Shown here one piece after another: positions 54,872-60,452 of a DNA stretch of 60,452 nt. The notes beneath the pieces were generated by a model. It was not told the DNA's origin and searched no databases. It saw only the letters and a list, made by a program, of their open reading frames with translations. Source of the DNA: a virus (lineage: Duplodnaviria > Caudoviricetes); IMG/VR virus record IMGVR_UViG_3300042516_000861, positions 1 to 60,452 of that record. The stretch is one strand, 5' to 3'. Positions within the stretch are counted from its first letter, which is position 1. Each line of letters starts with the position of its first letter. A program made the position numbers and the translations under genes.

Positions 54872-56457
54872 GGATTTGACTGAGTGAATGAAAGAGGCGA
54901 GATAGGTGCGTGTACAGTTTTATTCTCGTATAGCGCCAAAAGAATCGCTTCAGCGCGGTCTGGAGAATGAACTCCGCGCTTCTTCATGTCCACCTTTGAT
55001 TCAATCAAGATGCGACCAGAAGAATCCGATTTGAATGTAGGTCCAGCCAACTGAGCCAGGACGGGTCTATCCACATCCAGGCGAATTTCTTGCTTATCGT
55101 CTTTAGGTTGCAGCATTGAGCGGGTATTCCACCACATCTCGGCGCGTTGATTCTTAAACTTGGCTTGGTCTTTAGGTCTCTCTGCCACATTGACACCAAC
55201 CACGATTGCCCGTAGCCCTCGCTCTTTAACCCAGCGGTCTAGCAAAGAGACAACTCCCCAGCCAACGCCAATTGTGTCAATCTTGACTCGTACCATATCT
55301 GGTACGCCTCTGGTTTTATGTTCGGCAACTGCTCTCTCAATCTCAGCGATTACCACGCCAGCGACATCAACTGCGTTCGCATTAGCCTTGCCAGATGAGC
55401 GGTGAACTAATGAGACTTTGTAACCGTCTGCTTTTGCGATTACGAATTCATCTCCGCCATCAGATGCAATATCCACCCCGAGCCGAATAACTGCCGATTC
55501 AAGGTAATCTTCATTGTTGGTAGCCAATTCCGCCCAATGGTAGGGAATGACCTTTCCTGTTCCCGTTTGTGGGAATCGGGCATTGACACGGGCTTCAACG
55601 AATGGAGAATCTTCTCCGAATTCGCTGATTACATCATCCACCCAACTCTGGTCTACCAGGTGCGTAGCGACTGTGTGAGCCTCTACATGCTGTGGGCAAC
55701 TGCGGCATTGTCCAGTTTCCTCACCCGTAAAGTTAGGGGTGTCGTAAGCCCCGATAGGGATGGACTCATAAATAGGCGAATTGCAGATACGCTCGAACCA
55801 GGTTTGCTCCTGGTCTGTCGGCGGGTTACCCAATACCAGGAGCCGCGTGTGTCCACCCGTCATAAGGGCTTCTAAGGCGCTGCCAATCTTGTCCGATAAA
55901 CCTCCAGCCTCATCCACTACTACGAGCAGGTGAGGCGCGTGGATACCTTGAACTGCCGCTTCATTGTTATCGGCTGGACGGAAACCGTAGGCAACTACCG
56001 TGTCATCCATTTTCCATTCAGTCGTGAGGATTTCTCCTGGCAGATTGTGAGCCATGTGAACTCGGCGAATCTGCGCCCACATAATGTTTCGCACCTGCTT
56101 AAAAGTTGTCGCTGTGGTGATAGCGATAGCGGTACCAGGCGGGTGAACTGCTATCCACCATGCAACGGCTCTAGCGGCTAAGTGAGATTTACCTGGGGCG
56201 TGGCAAGCGGGAACTGTGGTTCTCTTATTGTCTCGGATTGAATTTAGAATCTCGCGCTGTTTAGACCAGAGTGTTTCGCCCAAGCCTTCCTCAACAAAGC
56301 CAACTGGGTCGTGTTCGTATCTAGCCCAAGGGTTAGTTATCTCAGCATCAAGGATGACCGATAGCGCATACTTCTCATCATCGTTAAGCGAGAGATAAAT
56401 CTTTGCGCGTTCTTCGGGCGTGGCATTGAGAACGAGGTCTACGAGCCGTTCACCCAT
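54859..56457 (-). CDS. terL: Terminase large subunit
   Basis: HAPGKS Walker A, VVVDEA Walker B, LGNP, GVDIA nuclease, SPDRAEA. Confidence 0.93.
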   Translation of the reverse strand: MGERLVDLVLNATPEERAKIYLSLNDDEKYALSVILDAEITNPWARYEHDPVGFVEEGLGETLWSKQREILNSIRDNKRTTVPACHAPGKSHLAARAVAWWIAVHPPGTAIAITTATTFKQVRNIMWAQIRRVHMAHNLPGEILTTEWKMDDTVVAYGFRPADNNEAAVQGIHAPHLLVVVDEAGGLSDKIGSALEALMTGGHTRLLVLGNPPTDQEQTWFERICNSPIYESIPIGAYDTPNFTGEETGQCRSCPQHVEAHTVATHLVDQSWVDDVISEFGEDSPFVEARVNARFPQTGTGKVIPYHWAELATNNEDYLESAVIRLGVDIASDGGDEFVIAKADGYKVSLVHRSSGKANANAVDVAGVVIAEIERAVAEHKTRGVPDMVRVKIDTIGVGWGVVSLLDRWVKERGLRAIVVGVNVAERPKDQAKFKNQRAEMWWNTRSMLQPKDDKQEIRLDVDRPVLAQLAGPTFKSDSSGRILIESKVDMKKRGVHSPDRAEAILLALYENKTVHAPISPLSFTQSNPWTL

Positions 56458-56460
56458 GGT

Positions 56461-56967
56461 TTACTTCTTTCGTATCGCTAAGACTTTCGCAATCTTGTTT
56501 TCAAGGTCGCCTATTTCAACCTGTATCTTAATCGGTTCCCCATTGGTTCCACCAATCTCGACCCTATCGGTCTTTCCGAACTCCTCTGGCATCTGGCGTT
56601 CTAACCACCATGCAGCCGCTCTCCAATCTCCATCGTTACCGCTCTTTGCTATGACGGCAACCTTTTTGGTTATCGCTTCGGCTTTTGCCCGTTCGACAGA
56701 CTCAAGAAATTTAAGAAATATAACCTCGGATGGATTGTTTTTCGCATCCTTAATCATCTTCATTCTCTCTCGCTCTGCCACTCCGCGGTTTATCCATGAA
56801 TAAAAAGTCTGCTCTGATACTCCTGCCGATGTAACGGCAATTCGAACAGGTGTTCCAATTCGAATGTAATCCAGGATAGTTTGCTCTAAGTCAGGTTGAA
56901 GTAGCGCTGTCTTGCGCCCAGCCGTTTTTGCTGGCTTGGCTGGCTCTTTCTTTGCAACTGCGCTCAT
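56461..56967 (-). CDS. terS: Terminase small subunit
   Basis: HTH (AGVSEQTFYSW) and DWRAAAWWLER; directly upstream of terL. Confidence 0.8.
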   Translation of the reverse strand: MSAVAKKEPAKPAKTAGRKTALLQPDLEQTILDYIRIGTPVRIAVTSAGVSEQTFYSWINRGVAERERMKMIKDAKNNPSEVIFLKFLESVERAKAEAITKKVAVIAKSGNDGDWRAAAWWLERQMPEEFGKTDRVEIGGTNGEPIKIQVEIGDLENKIAKVLAIRKK

Positions 56968-56971
56968 AAGA

Positions 56972-58162
56972 TTATTCTACCTCCGTTGTACATGCTTCCA
57001 ATGGTATCTGTAACAATTCAGCAATGTCGGTCCAGCCGTATATGGTGTTAGCCCATGTGTTCAAATCCTCGGTGTGAACTCGCATCGAATGATTGCCCAC
57101 CCTGATATTGGTGCGACCAATCGGATTATGTCCAGGTTTAGTCTTTCCCCCCGAAAGAATCTCGGCTACTTCTTCCCTGGAGAATCCCGTTCCCTTTGTA
57201 CTCGTACTGGTCAGTAACTTATTAAGGTCGCCTGAATCATAAGTGGCAAGGTCTGAGGTGCGATTGTCCACGATAAGAATTTTGATTTCTTCAATGTCAT
57301 CCACCTCAATCCAATGGACGGCTATCTTCTCCCAGCCTAATTGAACTGCTGCCTGAAGTGTGTGGTTTCCCGATACGCAATGCTTCGTAGGGCGATTGAC
57401 CACGATTGGTCGGTATTGCCCCATGGTTGAAAGGGACTCAATGATTGCCCCAATGTCACCTTCACGCGGATTTAGCGGGTGAGTAAGAATCTCGTTCACG
57501 GGAACCGTTTCTACATCCTCGGGTGAACTCTCCGAGCGCTCCTCAATCCGTTCTGGCTTCTCCGCAATTCGCTCTGGGAATCCTAGGCGCTCTTTAATCC
57601 CAGCGTTGGCTTTGCTCTTAGTCTTGCCGAACTCATCGTAAAGTTGCTCTTTCCACGCATCGTAGGCTTCTTGTTCAATGCTGAACTTCCACGCGGCTAT
57701 CTTTACCTCGGGGTCATCTTTAAGGTTCCCAGAGGTTCCTAAAGGTTCCTTTTGGTCACCTGATATGAGGCGGTCTAAAGTCTCAACCTCAGATGCAGTA
57801 AATCCTGTGCCATCCAACTCAGGGAGGGCTTGCAGGAGGCTTTTGAGAAGTGGCTCGTTATATCCAGCCAGGTCGGTTAAACGGTTATCGGCTAGAACAA
57901 TCTTTTTGGCTGTGTCATCGTCTACTTCAACGAGAACTGCTTTTATCTTTTTCCAACCAAGTTTCTTAGCCGCTTTGAGAGTGTGATTACCTGCGAGAAC
58001 AAATTTGGTACTCGCTTGCACCACGATAGGGCGATATTGACCATGAGCAGTAAGCGATGATGCAATGGCATCTATGTCTCCTCGTCTGGGATTAGTCGGA
58101 TATGCAGTCAGCGAACTGATTGCGACACTTTGAATGTTTCCCGTCTGGATATTGGCTTTCAC
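56972..58162 (-). CDS. Protein with two ParB/Srx-like domains
   Basis: NPR.GD...I..SL...GQYRPIVV...GNHTL...LGW..I occurs twice. Confidence 0.8.
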   Translation of the reverse strand: MKANIQTGNIQSVAISSLTAYPTNPRRGDIDAIASSLTAHGQYRPIVVQASTKFVLAGNHTLKAAKKLGWKKIKAVLVEVDDDTAKKIVLADNRLTDLAGYNEPLLKSLLQALPELDGTGFTASEVETLDRLISGDQKEPLGTSGNLKDDPEVKIAAWKFSIEQEAYDAWKEQLYDEFGKTKSKANAGIKERLGFPERIAEKPERIEERSESSPEDVETVPVNEILTHPLNPREGDIGAIIESLSTMGQYRPIVVNRPTKHCVSGNHTLQAAVQLGWEKIAVHWIEVDDIEEIKILIVDNRTSDLATYDSGDLNKLLTSTSTKGTGFSREEVAEILSGGKTKPGHNPIGRTNIRVGNHSMRVHTEDLNTWANTIYGWTDIAELLQIPLEACTTEVE

Positions 58163-58206
58163 TAATCCCCCTCATAAGTAAAGGCTAAGAACTCTTAGGT
58201 AAAGGA

Positions 58207-58506
58207 TTAGATAACAGGCTTGGCTGGACGACCACGGCGGCGGATTACTTTGCCATCGCTATCGTACTCAGGGGTGCGGTCAATATCGTTGCGGATGATT
58301 TTGTAAATCAACTGCTCGGATACTCCCATAGCCTTTGCAATCTCTTTGTAGGTAATTCGCTGCTTACGAAGGCGGAGAATCAACTGCTTACGGCGCTTGC
58401 CAAGGTCAGAAATCTGATTTTGATGTTCACGCATCGCATCTGTAATCATGCGAACTTCTTGAAGCCCACGACCATCTAATTCTTCAGCCGTCTGTGTGTC
58501 GCTCAT
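58207..58506 (-). CDS. HTH DNA-binding protein
   Basis: TYKEIAKAMGVSEQLIYKII; AT-hook-like RRGRP. Confidence 0.75.
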   Translation of the reverse strand: MSDTQTAEELDGRGLQEVRMITDAMREHQNQISDLGKRRKQLILRLRKQRITYKEIAKAMGVSEQLIYKIIRNDIDRTPEYDSDGKVIRRRGRPAKPVI

Positions 58507-58706
58507 TTTGTCTCTCCTTCGAAGATTTGTGTCCAGTCAATATCGTCATCTTTTTTGTTAAATAACTTCTTATGTTTTTCTATTGCTTCCATCTCTGCGG
58601 TCATTCTTGCTTTTTGATAAGCAAGTGCGTAACCGATAAAGATAGGTGCGAATAATACAAGAGTAGTAAATAATCCTACTACAGTCAAAATTAAGTCCCA
58701 GTTCAT
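58503..58706 (-). CDS. Small membrane protein
   Basis: N-terminal TM segment. Confidence 0.55.
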   Translation of the reverse strand: MNWDLILTVVGLFTTLVLFAPIFIGYALAYQKARMTAEMEAIEKHKKLFNKKDDDIDWTQIFEGETK

Positions 58707-59110
58707 CTTTTCCCCTCTTTCCTTGCCCCTCGTATGTAAAGCACTAATGAATTTCTATCGTTCTGCGGTGTCAAAAAAATCAAAGACTTCATGTACTGAG
58801 GTGAGTCATCTGGCAAAACACCCGCATCCACAATTCCATCTATCGCCGCTTTTACTGCTGGGTTACACGCTCCGACATCCTGTAGGCGACCCCCTTTTTG
58901 ATGAGGCTCGACTGTGACTGAAATCCATTCCATCTCTGGCATCTTTTCTGATTTTGCCAAGACATGAAATGCTGAGCGCCAGGTCTTGACCAACTCAGCC
59001 CTCTGCCACCTATTGCCAGCGCGTTCACCATTGGTCGTCCAAGGGCGTTGAGCCAACTCAAGTCTGTAGACAAGTTGTTCGTGTTCGTCAATCCTGCAAA
59101 GGCAATCCAT
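58703..59110 (-). CDS. RusA-like Holliday junction resolvase
   Basis: QDVGAC..AVKAAIDGIVDAGVLPDD. Confidence 0.75.
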   Translation of the reverse strand: MDCLCRIDEHEQLVYRLELAQRPWTTNGERAGNRWQRAELVKTWRSAFHVLAKSEKMPEMEWISVTVEPHQKGGRLQDVGACNPAVKAAIDGIVDAGVLPDDSPQYMKSLIFLTPQNDRNSLVLYIRGARKEGKR

Positions 59111-59113
59111 GGC

Positions 59114-59500
59114 TTAAAGATAAGGGTCACCTGAACTCCTGTCGAATTCCCATTTTTCCCCATCGTTGAAGATTTTCCACGCTTTGCCGTTGTCGTCAAT
59201 GAATGGAATCTCCTCAGCGGACTCAACCTTGGTAAGCAAGAATCCTCGCTCCCTAGCCTTGTCTCGGTTAGATTCGACCCAGCCGTGACATCCAGTAATC
59301 CCAGAGCCACAAAGAAGAATCAAGTTAGCGGCAAGATGCAACTGCTCATTACGAGAGCCGCCCATGCCCCGTGGAACTCTATGATGAACTGACCAGCCAA
59401 AAGTGTCTGGACCGCCATCACATTTCTCACATCGGTAATTGGCTCGATAGAAAACGGTGAAGCGAACTTCATCGCCTACTTTGAGTTTAGGTTTTGCCAT
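59114..59500 (-). CDS. HNH endonuclease
   Basis: CEKC, HHRVPRGMGG, NLILLC..GCHGWVE. Confidence 0.8.
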   Translation of the reverse strand: MAKPKLKVGDEVRFTVFYRANYRCEKCDGGPDTFGWSVHHRVPRGMGGSRNEQLHLAANLILLCGSGITGCHGWVESNRDKARERGFLLTKVESAEEIPFIDDNGKAWKIFNDGEKWEFDRSSGDPYL

Positions 59501-59599
59501 TGGACTCTCGCAGTCTGTAAAGATTCTGTGCAACCAGAGCAGATTGATTCATCCGTCTGTATCGCCGTGACCGTAGCCAATCTGCAAATCGGAATATCC

Positions 59600-59995
59600 T
59601 CATAGGTCAGGTGCCACCTCTCCTGTATTTGTTTCCATATCAGCATCGGAATTACCTTTCGACAAGACTGCTCGTATTTGACTCATGTAGAAATTCACCT
59701 GCTCTGGAGTTGCGGCTTTACTTTTCCCCTCTGCCATCTCCAGCATGTACTCCTGAGTTCTTCTTTCTTCTCTCTTGCGCTCTACATGTCTCAGCCATTC
59801 TTTATTGAAATAGACTGGTGCTATCAGCCTATCTTCATTCATGTAATGCCTTGAAACAAATTCCTTGGCGAACTCAAATGTCATGTCAGGATAAAGAGCA
59901 GAATCCCAAGCCAGGATTCTCCCCTCATCAGCCTGGAGCCGAGTATCAAAGAGACAACAATAAGCGAAAAGTTGAGCGACCTCAGAACGGTTCAT
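59600..59995 (-). CDS. Helicase loader/inhibitor-like protein
   Basis: Directly downstream of the initiator; D.R...AW..AL pattern; start MNRSEV at 59995. Confidence 0.55.
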   Translation of the reverse strand: MNRSEVAQLFAYCCLFDTRLQADEGRILAWDSALYPDMTFEFAKEFVSRHYMNEDRLIAPVYFNKEWLRHVERKREERRTQEYMLEMAEGKSKAATPEQVNFYMSQIRAVLSKGNSDADMETNTGEVAPDL

Positions 59996-60452
59996 TATCA
60001 ATCGCCCTTCCTTCTTCGACACTAAACCTTTCGGCAATCTCTAGCGCTCGCATTACCGATGTCTCGGTGCGAGTCATGTTTCCCCCGCGTGATGGGAGTG
60101 CATCATCGGTCCAACGCTCTTGGTTGAGCCATGTGGAGGCGTGAGCCGTGAACTCAGGCTGGCGATTCGGGTCTGAAGCAAATCTCTTTGCTCCTTCAAT
60201 AATGGCATCAACTGAAGCCTTTTTGCAGGCTTTGATAAATGCTGTCCTCGCTGCGCCTTTTGCTTCTTTCCTTGGATAGATAGCCCAAAACAAATTGAAC
60301 TCAGAATCCGAAGGATTCGCTATCTTTATATCTTTATTGGGTATGGGTATGGGTATGGGTATGGGATGGGTATGGGGCGGTTGAACTTCGCCCTCTGTTA
60401 CGGTATCTGTTCGCCGTAACCCTCGGGACTTCGCCATCCGCTCAGCGGCTAA
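59982..60452 (-). CDS. Replication initiator, 3' part
   Basis: FWAIYPRKEAKGAA..AF and HASTWLNQERW motifs; joins 1-504 across the junction. Confidence 0.8.
   Translation of the reverse strand, partial: LAAERMAKSRGLRRTDTVTEGEVQPPHTHPIPIPIPIPNKDIKIANPSDSEFNLFWAIYPRKEAKGAARTAFIKACKKASVDAIIEGAKRFASDPNRQPEFTAHASTWLNQERWTDDALPSRGGNMTRTETSVMRALEIAERFSVEEGRAIDNEPF
60234..60452. repeat. Terminal direct repeat / circular overlap, right copy
   Basis: Matches 1-213 with one extra GGGTAT. Confidence 0.95.

Noticed and set aside
56972-58162. Plasmid-prophage partition system
   Set aside because: No ParA or parS-like array seen, and the position next to terS is typical of non-partition ParB-like genes
59114-59500. 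HNH gene as a mobile intron or homing element
   Set aside because: Free-standing in the replication operon and interrupts no gene
1-60452. Integrase/lysogeny module, DNA polymerase, reverse transcriptase (DGR or retron), tRNA genes
   Set aside because: No recognisable motifs seen by eye; lifestyle cannot be settled from this, and a tRNA scan was not run

Overview
The window is an apparently complete, circularly assembled genome (about 60.2 kb; bases 1-213 recur at 60234-60452) of a long-tailed dsDNA phage. The host is most likely an actinobacterium, given two WhiB genes, an actinophage-type replication initiator and an actinobacterial-type transglycosylase. A freshwater origin is plausible but is inference. 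The minus strand carries the replication/recombination, packaging, head, fibre, tail and lysis modules. A mostly plus-strand block of small early-type genes lies at about 45-54.5 kb. I saw no integrase, DNA polymerase, tRNA or CRISPR array. The most striking region is the roughly 9.3 kb between the MuF head gene and the scaffold gene (28095-37424). Ten copies of a peptide tag, K-H-x(2-4)-H-D-Q-x-x-H-G-x-W-A, each precede a different cargo: four ADP-ribosyltransferase-like domains, two GNATs, a ParB/Srx-like domain, a RelA/SpoT-like synthetase, an unknown domain and an acidic peptide. Several cargo domains are followed by a short candidate immunity peptide. These peptides are encoded as the leader of the next gene, as a fully nested out-of-frame ORF (33628-33744), as a small free ORF, or fused to the prohead protease. 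The tenth tag is reachable only by a -1 shift on an A9G run. I infer a protease-processed, capsid-packaged multi-effector array with interlocked immunity. All family assignments come from recognising motifs by eye; no database search was run.
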